Assembly (NCBI RefSeq): GCF_000143415.4 | Contig: NW_003314285.1 | Location: 1,499,471-1,563,470 of the forward strand | Direction of reading: 5' to 3' | From: Selaginella moellendorffii | Taxonomy: Eukaryota; Plantae; Lycopodiophyta | Length of the DNA stretch: 64,000 nucleotides | Shown: positions 1 to 13,078 of the stretch, piece by piece | Layout: every line of letters begins with the position of its first letter | How positions within the stretch are numbered: position 1 is the first letter of the stretch | Translations under genes and position numbers: made by a program | The notes under the pieces: generated by a model | Told to the model about the DNA's origin: nothing | Database searches by the model: none | Seen by the model: only the letters and a program-made list of their open reading frames with translations

Positions 1-96
1 TCATTGGCTTCATTGACATTGGGCAACTTTGCATATATCCGCACCAATATCCATCCACAAGATCTAAGAATTACTACTAAACATAGTTATAATAAA

Positions 97-1259
97 AAAT
101 CCCTCATCGAAAGTGCATGCCTCTTGGAGACAGTTGCAAGTATAGATATGATATGGATCAGCATGGACACCCTTCTTACATCCATAGACTTTATTCTAGT
201 TCTAAACTTAAATATATTATTCCAATATTGTTATAAGTTTTGAGATGAGGATGTCTAAGAATCTATAGAGATCTAATTGGTTGAATTGAAAAGTTGCTCC
301 AACTCTAATTTTAGGAGGAGATGCTGGTAAAACCATTTAAATCACTCTTAAACCTCTTACCAACACCTCTTTATCTTTTGCAAAAATGGGAAAATTTTTG
401 TAAAAACTAAAAAATTGTATACACTAGAAAGAACTTGTCTAATTACATGTGGATGAATAAATTCTACTCAGTGTTCATATCTTCCTTAATACAATTAAAA
501 TATGTAGTAAAGTTGCCTCTTATTAGTGTTAGCTAGCCAAAACATCTTACTATTGAGGTGTAAAGTATCCTTTCACATGTTAGTGGATAAAGCAGTAGTA
601 ACTACATAATGGGAATACCCATTTATTATTGCATGAACCCATAGGTTCTATAGTACCAACATAGAGGAATAAAAATAGATGTGTTAAATTTTAAGCACTA
701 TTTAGAAGAATCTGCTATATGTTACTATCAATATGTCAGAGGTGCATGTAATAATCACTAATTTATCATATATTGAAAATATCTTCCATGGCACTCTAGG
801 TCGATAAAGACAAATGTCTTATGGACCTTCTTAGCAAAGATTTCAAAACCCACTTGCCTCAATGCTTTATATGAATTCTAGATTCCCTAGTTGCTTTTAA
901 TAACTTGCAATGGGATCAACTCTTGAATCTTACTTAGCTACAATTTGTCATGTATCCTTGAGATCATTAACTCTATGCTAACCAAACTAGCATAACATCT
1001 TGGATAGGTACTACTAAGTGGTGCCTATAATGTGCTTTAAGTTGCAATTATAAAGAAGATAGTGTCAAATAAAGCCCACTAGTCTCTTTTGTGATCCCAA
1101 TTCATTCCAAATTGCAAATGAGCCCTACTACATTGACAGAGTCCCAGCACCCACCTAATATGCCAAAACACTATAATAGCCCTAATATCTATGTTTTAAT
1201 TAAATTTCTCTTTCAGTTGCAATTGATCACTAGCTTATGTCATATGGCAAGCATACCCC
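97..1259. repeat. Degenerate AT-rich repeat block, copy 1 (near-identical direct copy at 18535-19691)
   Basis: Sequence from 'aaatccctcatcgaaagtgcatgcctcttggagaca' to 'ggcaagcatacccc' aligns by eye with 18535-19691, with scattered substitutions and small indels. No intact ORF. Confidence 0.85.
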
Positions 1260-2688
1260 TTACCATGTTTGTTGCATCCCTAAATTTTAAGTGAATTTAA
1301 GCTAATAGTAGGCTTTAAAAAAGTGCCACCTCATGGGTTCACATGCAAAGGTAGGAAAGAGAACACCATACTAAAATACTTTATATATATGGTATCATCT
1401 TGTGAAGCTAGAGGTAAACTAACTTATTAGCTTATAAGAAAGGGAACACCTGACTTCCAAAATATTCTAAATCATTTAAAAAGAAAAAAGGTTATTTATA
1501 AGTCCTTTCCTTATGTATTTATATCCTATGATCTTTCTCAAGTTGTTGTTTTTCATTGCTTATAATTGTTTGATGTTTTAGCCTTCCATATAACTCCTAT
1601 ATAAGTCTATTTTCCATCACTTTTTCATACCAAATGTCATCCATGGAGATATTTGAATATTTCAATGGATGTATGTTTGATTCAATAATCATCCCTTCAT
1701 TCCATGCTTTAAGACTTCATTGCCTTTTAAGGTTTCGCTTTATTACATATAGTATTGGAGGATTTAATCACAAATACTATTTAATGAGTTTGGTCAATTA
1801 GTTTCATTGCATATTTGGAAATTATGCATTAACATGTTACTGAAAAGTGTTATATATATATATTAACTAGATTGAATGTGGCAGTAAAGGCTAGTATGTA
1901 ACATAAGTACTAATGGATCCTTCTTAACCATAATTATTGTAGGATCAATAAAGTTAATAAAATATAGTTTCTTTACTACAAATATGGCATTTGCAAGCTT
2001 ATGAAAAACCTTTGTGTTTAAACATTCTTCATAAATTGAAAGTGTTCCAGAATGACTATATATCATGAAAAAACTCCTGAGGATGATCCCCATTTGCCTA
2101 GAAGCCATTACTATAAGACCCTCAAGGAGGAATACAAGGGAGAACATGTTTATATTAAAAATGATAACTATGTTTCTAACAGCTAGTTATGGGATATTTC
2201 ACACAAGTTTAATGCCATTATGTTACTACTAGTAAGCCAAATCCTCTTTAGAAGATGTTCCATGATCGCAATCTTATATATCACTAATAAATGCCTTTAA
2301 ATATGAGGTTTCCTAAAGGGGATGGGTTTCTCCTTTGAAAAACAATACAATTGAGAAGAGATTTTGTAAGATCATAATTAAATTTTTACAAGCCACAAAT
2401 AAAATGCTACTTTAGAGATTTGGTTCCACTCTAAATTTAAACTCCTATGATGTTGTTCTATTTTTAATGCTATGTGGACTTAATCATGACTTTGATTGTT
2501 CTAAAGTTTGTATTTCTAAAGAAGGATTGGATTTTATTTTAACCTTAATTTTTTCCCCTTTTATACAAATCTAAATGAAACACAAATGAAACACATTTAA
2601 AACTACATTTTATCTAGTTCTTCTTTATCCCTACTTCTATTCTTTGCTGCCCCGCCCTACCCTCCCCCCAACTATTCTTTGTAAGAAT

Positions 2689-2746
2689 TGTAAGAATTCT
2701 TTGTTCAATATATATATATATATATATTGAACAAAGAATCCTTACA
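2689..2746. repeat. Palindrome around a (TA)n microsatellite
   Basis: tgtaagaattctttgttcaa-(ta)n-ttgaacaaagaatccttaca; the 20-bp arms are reverse-complementary with 1 mismatch. Confidence 0.8.
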
Positions 2747-2941
2747 TATATTCCTTTTTAAATGTAAATAGTATATAAAATTTCCTTTTCACAAAAAATA
2801 GAATGAAGATAGGAAGGGTTATTTATGATTGCAAAGATCAAAAACCAATATAACAAAGCTAGAAACACTAGTTGGAGGAACTCCAAATTTACTTTTCATT
2901 TTAAATCAATTTCAAAACTGTGTTTTTGGTGAAGTTAAATT

Positions 2942-3126
2942 TATGAGTATATGGAATACGAAAATGGAATAAAGAAATGTGCATATCAATTAAATTGAAA
3001 ACATACAGGGTAAATGGTCTAAATTAAAACCAATATGATGATTATCAAAATCCTGGTATGCTAATAATAATATACAGCATTGTAGTTGCACATATGGACT
3101 TGACATCTGTGCACTTGGACCTTATA
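2942..3126 (-). mobile_element. Decayed short LTR (same family as 5103-5267, 18376-18531, 55725-55898, 61453-61597)
   Basis: Shares 'aaatgtgcatatcaatta...aaaccaat...aaaatcc...aatatacagcattgtagtt...ttggacct' with the other copies. A PPT-like 'tcatcctcttggaa' is adjacent. Confidence 0.6.
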
Positions 3127-4879
3127 TCATCCTCTTGGAAAGATGAAAAACAATTAAGTGTAAGGAACCAACTCCCTAAAGTGTCATATGCTAAAAAACT
3201 CCAAAATCATGACTAAAACGATAAAAAGTTTTTTGGATGAAACTAAATCTAAAACCAAGTTTAAGACCGAGTCTGAGATAAAAAATTAAATCTAAGACTG
3301 AGTTCAAATAGTAATATACATCATGGGGTGAATGCCCAAAGCAATTATCTCCTAGAGAGGGGTATAGGGGGTTCCAAAAGTATAGTAAAAATAGTGAGGC
3401 TAAAGACTTAATCTTAAAAAAAACTCTTTAATAGTGTTATTGAAATGAACGTTTTAATGGTGGGGATAATACTCTTTTATGCTCTAGAATTAAGCTCAAA
3501 CATCTCTCTTGTATAAACCCTTTGACTTAGAAAATGGGGGAGAAGGGGGTATATACCCCCTCTCCTAAAATATCCCTTATGCCTCTAAAATATTCTATCA
3601 ATGGAATATTCTAGGGAATCTCACTCAAAAGCCACACATATCCTAACAAACTATTATAAGGGATCACATTAGACTCTATTGTATATAAGAATCCATGACC
3701 AAATTGTTGTTGAAGGCTTTAATGTTAAACTTTGTATTAGCAATTACTATGAGAAAGAGAACTAAAGAAAATATAAATAAAAGAAAGGAGGGAGAAGAAG
3801 TTGTAAAGTTTTAGGATCAAAAGAAAGCCATGTAGGGAAAACTTGCTCATAAAACTGAGAATTCAACCTATGAAAAAAAGAAAAAAGAAAACAATAAGGT
3901 AAAAAAGAGAAAAATAAAGAAAAGGAGAAAACTAAAAAAGGGAACAAAGCATTGATTTAAATTTTAGCTTTTGAGGTATCTAAACCTCTAGGAAGTTCTT
4001 TAAACATGGCCTAAGTTTACTCCTAAAATTCCAAGGAAAATGGAAGAGAAGTGAATGTGTTGCCTAATCTGAGATGTGCCATGGGATGGCAAGATTGTAG
4101 CTATAGTGATGGATGATGAGTGGAATGGTTGGCTAACTTGAATGGATTAGTAATGAACGGGATTTTATAGTATGTGATGATTGTTGAAGTTTTTAGTAGT
4201 TTATATAGTAATTGTTGGAGAAGAAAAAATTTGTAGCTAGTGATGGTATATATATAGATCACTACATCTTACTATGTTTGTGTGGGTTCAAGAAATAACA
4301 TTTGCCCGTCTATAGTGCTTAGCTTCTTGCTGCAATTAAGGGCTTTTAGCTAGTCAAAATCAACTTTTAATGTCTAGTATTTATTGAAAGAGTGCTACAT
4401 TGTTAAAATTCACTTCATATCTTGAGTTCTATATATAAGAAAAGGCTATTTCTTTTTGCATTTGTTGCGTAGATAATGTGATGTAAAGATGACTTTAAAT
4501 GGAAGTGTTCATGGTGAGATAAGTGGAGAAAATTGAGCTAGGTAAATATAATGAGTGATGGACAAAGGTGTCGTAAATGTAGGAATGATTAGATGGTGAT
4601 TGTGAGTGACTCAAAGTGATGGTAATGAGGTGTGAATGGATCTAATGTAAAGAAGAATTTGGAAGCCATAGGAAAAATACTAGGAAATGAATGAATTCCT
4701 AGATGATTAAAATTGATGCCATATCGAGACTAAAATCCAAGCCTAAATTTGCTATCAAAAGGATATAAATCCTGGAAGGGTAGTAGAAAAAAGTGAAAGT
4801 AAAAAAAAGAAAAAAAAACAAAGAAAACAAAGAAGAGAGAAAAAATGTCATTGTGAGAGGAGTTAGTAGTGATGTTGGG

Positions 4880-5267
4880 AGCTATTAAATATTAATGTGT
4901 TGTAGCATATTCTAGGTGGATGAAGAGAGGCTAGAAGTTAGTTGTATCACATGCAACAGTTGAAACATTTTGTACAAAGGGATTAAAAATAGTTAATACT
5001 ACCTACAAATCTATCAATGCCTCCTCTTGATGTTCTTTCAGATCCCGGCACATCTACAAGAGAACCCTGATAATTTTTCATTATTCCGAAAGGAAGGGAT
5101 GATGTGAAGTCCAAGTGTATGGCTACAATACTGTATATTAATATTAGTATAGTGGGATTTTGATAATTGTCGAATTGGTTTCAATCTAGACCACTTGCTC
5201 TTGTATATAAACTGTTTTTGGGTTAATTGATATGCACATTTTCAATATTCCCTTTCATACACTCACA
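4880..5267 (+). mobile_element. 3' end remnant of short-LTR Gypsy element (integrase tail, PPT, LTR 5103-5267)
   Basis: 4940-5100 resembles 18215-18375. Purine tract 'gaaaggaagggatga' is followed by TGTGAAGTCCAAG...CATACACTCACA (TG...CA). Confidence 0.7.
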
Positions 5268-5616
5268 CTTCCTACATAATATTTAATATAATTCTATTTT
5301 TAGAAACTTCAAACCAAAAGTTTTACTTGATGTATTACAATGTAATTAGGTCTAAAAATCTCTACAATCCCATCTTCTATCTTCTGGTTCTTCTAATTAT
5401 ATCCTCACAGTAGCAATTGAATGATTGTTTTACTCCAGGAAGCCTGTAGTGCTAAGATTATTAGTATATCAGAGCTGTAAGACATTAATATACAGAAATT
5501 GCTGAGATGAAAGTAGGACAAGAAATTAGTCACACGGTTGTTGAAATAAATATAATATAACACGATTTAAATCAGATGAGAATTGCCATGATCCAATTTT
5601 TGAACTATAGATTGGT

Positions 5617-6765
5617 TCATACGAATAACTCAAGATACGATTCCGTTGTGGTATACCCCATCTCTGGATACAGAACAGAAGCTTCCAAATCATCTGGTCC
5701 AAAGTCGAAATATAAATCTCCTCTATGAAATATCTCGTACATGTGTGCTGGTGCTGCTCTGGTCAACCAAGGGTGCTTCTCATCTGCCGTTCATTCACTC
5801 ACAAGCGTGTTGAGCATGACTAGCGTGCTACTCTTGAACGTTACCTTGTATGTACTTGGCAAATAGCTCCTTCTCACTCAAGTAGCTCTTCTTCAGTGCT
5901 TTGCCTATTTTGCTTTCCCATATGGCTACCTGCTCATTCATTGTCAATACGTTCTTGGGCGGCCGGAAGTAGACAGTCCTGTTCAATGTTCGGGGATCAT
6001 CGATACTCTTCGCAGTGTAAGTTCCTATATCCTTTTCAGCCATCCAAACGACTAAAGAAATCCAGTCAGAATTGAGCTCAAGACACAAAACTCCACACTT
6101 ACTCTTCACGTTTCCATCGCCATGGATTACAACGCTATCCCTTGGAGGAAAAAACTTGGACAGAGGTTCTAGTTGAGCAAAACTGGCCAGAAAAAATCCC
6201 ATGAAACAATTAGCTGAAATATAAGTGTAAGGTATTCCAAGAGCCTCCACAGTTCTTCTGATTGCTACTTTGTCGGTGAATAACTTATCTCCGGGTGGTA
6301 TGTGTGGGTTCCTATCCACGTCCGTTCCAAACTCTGAAGGATAAAACTTCTGCAATAACGAAGGAAACAAGGAACTGGGGAGGCCGATATGTGATTCATC
6401 TACCTTGATGTTGCCAGCCTCTTTAATTGCATTGATAAGTTTGTATTGTTCCAGATGGAAATGAGAGACTGTGCAGATGACAACATCCACTTGTTTAAGT
6501 AGTTTCACAAGCTCATCGTGGTCATCTAAAGACACCTGCAAACACAAACATTCATGAGGCAAAACATGTTTCAGATCTGTTGCAAGACTTACCCAAAATA
6601 TCTTTGCCCCGGCTCTTCGAAAACTCAGGACAAGCTGCACCTTCTCGACATCCCTTGCAGCTTCCGGCCTAACTTGCACAAACGTTGGATGCCCCTGTTC
6701 TAAGCAGGCATTCACAATATGTCTGCCAATATAGCCAGTCGCACTAGAACCCTGTTTTCCCCCAT
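5617..6765 (-). CDS. NmrA-like PIP-family reductase (isoflavone reductase / pinoresinol-lariciresinol reductase / PCBER-like); multi-exon; frameshift near the N-terminus
   Basis: Motifs ATGYIGRHIV, VDVVICTV, AIKEAGNIK(intron)FYPSEFG, GIPYTYISANCF, IDDPRTLNRTVY. Last exon ...LEASVLYPEMGYTTTESYLELFV* (TGA 5617-5619). The likely native ATG at 6765 (MGENRVLV) is out of frame with ATGYIG. Confidence 0.85.
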
Positions 6766-6957
6766 AGAACAGCATAGAGGAAAGAAACTAGAAGAACGCA
6801 CTATCTATTAGGTGCAACAGAACTGGATCTTTGCAAGTGGGCTACGGTCTGCAAATCAGTTCACATGTCTGCGTTGACCAAGTGAACAAAAGATACTTTT
6901 AAACAAACTAAACAAGTTTTTTAATGCAAAGCCCTGGTCAGTAGCCCTAATTTCATA

Positions 6958-7893
6958 ATGGTGCGTTTCGTCCTTGTCCATGGCGGTGGGGGAGGCGCTT
7001 GGTACTGGTTCAAGCTGGTCGATATGCTGCTCAGCTCCGGGCACGAAGTAGAGGCGCTCAATCTCGCGGCTTCGGGAATCGACACCAGGACTCCTGCGGA
7101 TGTTTTCTCCTTAGACGACTACAATCAGCCGCTGCTGGAGTACCTGGCCGCGCTGCCGGAGAATGACAAGGTTTAGTCTTGTGTGTGTGTGTGTGTGTGT
7201 TTGCATTGCTGCTTCAAAGATGATCTTGTTGCTCTGGAATATCAGGTGATTCTTGTGAGTCATAGCCTCGGAGGCAGGAGCGCGGCCTATGCGACTGAGC
7301 TTCATCCAGACAAGATCGCGCTGGCTGTGTATCTGGCAGCTCCATTCTGCTCCAACCATCTAGGCCCTGAGGTTAAATTACTGTTCAAAAGGCTCTAATC
7401 TTACTGACAAGCTTTGCATTTTGCAGTTTTGGTATGAACGCATCAAAGACACTTCTGTGTATGATCTCTTTTACGAGCGTGGGAAGAACAATCTGCCTAC
7501 AGCCGTCATGAGAAAAAAGAGCCTAGAGCCCGATTACGCCCATCAACTGTGTTCGTCCGAGGTACATATTTTTTACACTAGCCCGAGCTAGCGTTCTTCT
7601 GGTTCCAGGATCGGACGCTGAGCAGGATGCTTGACAGGGCAATTCCCACCGCGGCCCTGTTTGGAAGCTTCACAAACACGGAGGAGAAGTATGGGAGTGT
7701 CCCGCTGGTGTACATCAAAACATTGCAGGATTTGGCGTGCCCTCCAGAAATACAGGACAAGTGGATCGCGACTCATCCATTTGGGAACCTGAAAGAGGTT
7801 CTGACCATCGATTCGGATCATTGTGCAGCTTTGTCGGCTCCTTCCCGGCTGCACGACCTCCTCATTCAAGTCGTAGGAGCTCATGCGTCGTAA
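6958..7893 (+). CDS. Methylesterase (MES/SABP2-like alpha/beta hydrolase), 4 exons
   Basis: FVLVHGGGGGAWYW; nucleophile VSHSLGG; acid YIKTLQD; His DSDHC. GT-AG introns at about 7171-7245, 7372-7427 and 7562-7608. Confidence 0.9.
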
Positions 7894-8351
7894 GGTTTTG
7901 GAGCTCTAAACATGTTATAAGAATTTTAATGTATATGCCACTAGGCATTTTTATATAGGTTTCTTCTTCTTTTTTCAAATTGCCTTTAATTAAAATATTT
8001 TGAGCTACAGGATATGACTTCTTACAGGAAACAGGCTTGAAAAGGCAAACCTTGATCCCAAGGACTGGACAATGGAGAGGTAGGTATATCCTTGTAATCA
8101 AGTCCTAAGATAAACAGCACGCTAGAGGTGGATTTAGAGTTTGATTCCAAACAGTGGCATAGAGTTTTCTTGGTCGCAACCAAAGAAACAAAAATGGAAT
8201 AAAATAAAATCACGCATCCATGTGCCAGCCACTTTGTCGTTTTACATATCAAAGAATTCTAGTTAAGGAGATACTTTTATAACAGGCGTCTTCCCCTTTA
8301 AATTGGGGTACTTCTTTATAAAAGGACTTCTTCCATTTCTTGTAAAACCTA

Positions 8352-9194
8352 TCGACTGCAAAGAAGATCCAGACAATCGCGGGATGGGTGCAAGAGCTCG
8401 TTGCCACTGGCCCGTGAAGTCCTCAGCAGCTGCTGGGCAAGAGGTGTAACAGCTGCTCCAAGCGGGTGATGTCCTTCTGCATCACCTGCGAGGCTGTGGT
8501 CTGCAAGCGCTGCCACGGCGTGTGCCGCAGCAAGCACCATGTCCTGCGGATCGTCTTGATGTAGCTGGAGATGTCCGTCAAGGTCAAAGACATCGATCGC
8601 CTGGTGGACGTGAGCGACGTGCACATGTACTTCTTCAACGAGGCCTTCTCTGTCTTCCTGAAGTCCCGGGGGAGGCCCAAGCACTGCATCTTGTGTGGCC
8701 ACGAGCTCAAGATGGGCAGCGTGATTCACCGCACTGCCCCGCAGCTCATCGACTTCGAAAGCGGCAAGTACAAGTTCTGTGGCATCGGCTGCAAGATGCA
8801 ATTCATTGAGCAGCACCCACAGGATGGCTACACACTCTCTGTGAATGCCCATGAAAATGGCGATGTCCCACTGCCAGAATATCGAAGTGATGAAGACGAG
8901 GGCGATGAGAGCCAGCAAGACGAGAATGATCAAAGCGAAGAGAATGACGAGGAGGAGGATGAGTCGATGGAACTAGGGCAATTGAGTGCAAGCACCTCGT
9001 CCGGATCAAAGGTGGAGAAAGGGGTGAAGCTTGGGCCTTTGGCGAAAGGGATGTTGTCCAAGTTTAGGGATGGGAGGAACATGGAGGGGATTGAGTTGAG
9101 CTTGTCGCTGCTTGGAGCTGGGAAGAGAAAAGTTGACAAGGGTCCTCTACCTCATGGGAAGCTTGCCAAGCTCAGGGATAGCCAGGACGAGCCC
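8352..9194 (+). pseudogene. PLATZ zinc-binding transcription factor pseudogene, 5' part (interrupted by DNA transposon; continues at 15976)
   Basis: Reading upstream of ORF 8571 in the same frame gives GWVQELVATGP*...FCITCEAVVCKRCHGVCRSKHHVLRIVLM*LEMSVKVKDIDRLVDVSDVHMYFFN...CILCGHEL...YKFCGIGCK, matching both PLATZ Cys/His clusters. In-frame stops at 8415-8417 and 8562-8564. Confidence 0.8.
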
Positions 9195-9376
9195 GGGTAG
9201 GTTTTGAGCTCATGAGCTCATGAGCTGAGCTCATGGCTTCTCAAACACAAGAAAAACATTGGTTCGTCCCGAACTAACATCTTTCCATTTTTCAAATTTT
9301 GATTTAATCTATATTTCCAAATAAATTCGACCAATAAAATACAAATATAAATATAGATCTGAACACTAAAAGCAAT

Positions 9377-12300
9377 CTAAAAACACTTCTCAAGCTCCGC
9401 AACTGTAAGGCTTGCCTGGTGGATGTGATGGTCAATCTTAGGATCTTGGTTTAGTTCCTGCATAAAAATGTAATAGATGTGCTTGCAGGCTAAATATACC
9501 TTTCCCTTGTTCTCCCACTGTGTAAAATCTGGACAGGTACAAAATGGATTTTCACAGATTTTAACAGTGTAGCTCGTACCCTTTGATGACTCAGTCACAA
9601 TAATAAACTCCTTAGCCATAGCGATGTAGTTTGTCTTTGTGATTGTGCACTTTAGCTCTTTTGCCAGTTTGATCTTCTCTTGTGCACCTTTTGAAATGGA
9701 AGACCTGTATTGTACAGCCTTCCCATTCCTAGCTGGTCGTGTATGCCGGTCTAGTGTTGATATTGGTGGCATAGCAGTACTAACAGCAACATTTGAGGAA
9801 GTCTTTAGCTTGAAACTTGCTCTCTCCAGACTTTCAATCTCTTCTTTCAAAAGATTGCAGCTTCGCTCAACTGGCCACTCCTCTGGCACAGAATCTGGCT
9901 TCAAAATAATTGAGTTATGGATCTGGCTTGTATGAGTAACATTAGTCCCACAACAGTAAATCCAGCTTGATTGGCGGCCCTTCACTCCTAGATCTCGACA
10001 GCCCCAAAAACATGGCACTGCTAAAGAATTTGAACCTGAGCACACAAAAGCGAGACACTGATCTCGACTCCCAATCATTCTAGAGCAACGTGCATTGCTC
10101 TTGGCACTGACTCTTCGAATTTCCCAGTTGATACGAGAAACTGGCTCACGAGAAATAACCTTTTCAACCTCTGGCACTGGACTTACTTGTATAACAACTG
10201 ACCTCCTCCACTCCATGTTCCTTAGTTCTTTTCCGGTGTCGTGGAACAGAATGGTAGTCAAACTCTGGACAGTGAGAGCTAGAAGGAGTGATGTTTGACC
10301 CATCAAATGTCTGTTGACGCTTCATACGGGCTATTCTCATGTCCCCAAGTGGCTCATAACTTGATTTCATAGGAGTTCCAAAAACAACTTCCTCCACCAT
10401 CTTAGACATTGACCCTGCTACCGGTGTTGTCCTTCTACCAACCCGCTTTTGAAGCTTGTCTAAGTTCGGACCTGTACCAGCAAACCTTGCTTCCTGTGCA
10501 GCCAAAGCTTTTGATGACTGCTCAAAAGATCTAGTGAGGTCGGAGAGTGTAGCTTCATAGAGGGACACTTTTCCTTTCCCTACTTCAGAAGTTCTCCAAC
10601 TCCAATGTTTGCTCTCAGAGAGATTAATTGTTGGTGTAAGTGTAATATCATCAAGTGGTTGATCCTACAAAAAATGCAACATTTGAATGTGACAAAAAAG
10701 AAAATGAGAGAAAGCTTACATGGAGAGTATAATGACCCCACTAAAACATTCGAACTTCCCACCATGCAAACTAGCATTCCATTTGTGGAAGGTTTTCAAT
10801 TGGCACTTTGTCTCTTTCACACCACCATATGCGTATTTCATTTGCTTTTGCCTCGTGCTCCTCTTTAGTTGGTGCATCCATCCATTTCCGACAAAGCTGC
10901 TTGAACTCGTGATGGAAGGTAGACTTGATGCATCGGCAATGTTCATCGACGCTCTTTGCCCAATGAAACTCACAACTCTTCTCTCTACTTTGTAATGGCT
11001 GACTTTTATCACCTCCGAATACTTGTCATACAGCCAACCAGTTAGCACCAACTGCATCTGCCATGAAACCACGGAAGTTAGGTTTCTTCCTGATTCGCTG
11101 TTCAACAACCTCGGATATACATGTCCAAAAGATGGTTTGTGCTTGAAAATCTTGAACCTTGAATTCGGCTATAGCTATAGTCAAATTGCACTGCAACCTA
11201 TAAAAGGAATGGTTATAATGTAAATCGGTATAAATCCTTAAAAAATGAAAAGCCACTTACTTGTGATCATAAACATGAGCTCCCATTGTTGACTAGCCTG
11301 AAACTCGTTCCATATGGTCAAAATGGATTCAGGAATTAGCCAAATCCCCATCTCCATCCATATCCATTCATTGTACAAGGTCCACACCAGAAGCAGGACC
11401 AAGGGTAAACATCTTAAAGATGAAAGGGCGTTGATTGTTCGAAGTCACTTGGCCAACGAATAAGCTCCCATGAATAAACTCATAGGGACATTTTCTCTTT
11501 AGCTCCAAAATTCCATCCAATCCAAATTGAAGCTTTCCATCTCGCCCTTCTCGCATCCAATTCTTTATTCTACAAAAAAAAAGTGTTATTAGTGATAAAG
11601 TAGAGTTAAGTGTTAATTTTATACCTGTTTAAATTTGTTATAGGTTCTATATTTCAAAGTAAGTCCTTCAAGCTATTCTCCGTGAACTCTTTTTTGCTAT
11701 CAGATTGTAGCAACATGTCCACCATATAGTCCTTTAGTACAGACTATTGAACACACTTTGGAGTTGCTGCACTTTTCTTCCTAGCCTCTGTAGTAATAGC
11801 AGTCTTCAAATTGAGAAAAGAATCACGGAGGATTCCTTCCTCGATTGCGTGTTGGTGGTATCCAACATGCACTGCTGCTCTGCCTAAACATCCATCCTGT
11901 GGAAGAAAATAATACATTTTCGCATCGCAACATGCTTGACACACAGGTGTTGCCCCGCATTTGTGACATCTAAATCCTGTAGCAACTTCATCACACCTAG
12001 GGGGATTGATCATTGAGCCTTCAAAGAAACACATATTCTTGCCATGATCAGAAATGCATTTCTCAGCGACACACTGAAGCTGTCCACCACAATGGACTAT
12101 GGACACAGATCCATCGAAATGAGAGAAGTGGGTCGTCTTTACTCTGCACCAATTATGTGGATCAAGATGCGTCTCCATACCCCTTTTCCTATTTGACGAA
12201 CTTGCTAGTGGAAACTCGAAGAATAAATTCCCATTATAGGAAGAAGGAAGCTCCTCACCTCTCATGTACTGGAACTCCTTCAATTCCAACTGTAATGATT

Positions 12301-12754
12301 GAGATTGCCGAAATGCCTTATCCACCACTTCAAAAACTAGTCCAGAAGGAACACACCTACTTGTCTAGGAAGCTATGTCGGGAAGCTCATTTTCTTCATT
12401 TTCGTCACTGGAGAGAATAACAACTTCATCCTTCACTCCTTGCACAGTTGGCTATGAAACTGATGCGCTCTCCTCTCCTCGCTTTAGAGATCCTGTAACT
12501 AGAATCTCTTGACCTGTACATCTATCAAGATCCCATTGAATCCCATTCTCTCCCACAGCACTGTCGAGAAGAATGGATTTTTCTATCTGATTACCCTTAT
12601 CACGACATACATTCTCTAAACTAACTGATCTTGGCTTCAGCTTGAAACTTCTGCAGAGTAAGCTCTCTCCTATAACACTTTTAGAGAAAACAATTGGAGG
12701 CTCTTGATCGAACTTTAAATAGAATTCTCTCATATCTTCTCCTTGCTTGAGCAC
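9377..12754 (-). pseudogene. Mutator-type DDE transposase with N-terminal GCM/WRKY-like Cys/His domain and C-terminal SWIM zinc finger (spliced; multiple stops and frameshifts)
   Basis: Reconstructed motifs: CGGQLQC...C...CHKCG...C...HVGYHQH; IHFDH (D 11317-11319); GFMAD (D 11056-11058); CEFH (10963-10974, MULE CxxH); TINLSESKH (E 10614-10616); SWIM YTVKICENPFCTCPDF...ACKH. Short GT-AG introns near 11624-11573, 11260-11190 and 10720-10665. Confidence 0.85.
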
Positions 12755-13078
12755 TTAGAAAAAAATTTGGGGAGAAACTGACAAGAAAGAACAAAGATAT
12801 TCTTCTGTATTGTGAGCATTAATTAGCTATGTCCTTGCAAAGGACAAGTTAATTATTTTAACAAAATATACAACCGTTTAGAATCTAGAGAGATATAAGA
12901 ATCTTAAAGAGCCACCCATATTAATTGTATAATTGATTGTGAGAGGAATAATAATGTTGAAATGAATGTGGTTATGAGTGAGAAGCATCAGTCAATCACA
13001 AAAGTTGTAGTATTGATTGTTTGTTCTCCCTCTCATCTCCATGCTCTCTTCCCTTCAAGAGAGTTTTATTCTTTTGTG

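Noticed and set aside
1-2600. Assignment of the decayed left-end sequence to a specific retroelement class
   Set aside because: Too degenerate; no motif could be read with confidence.
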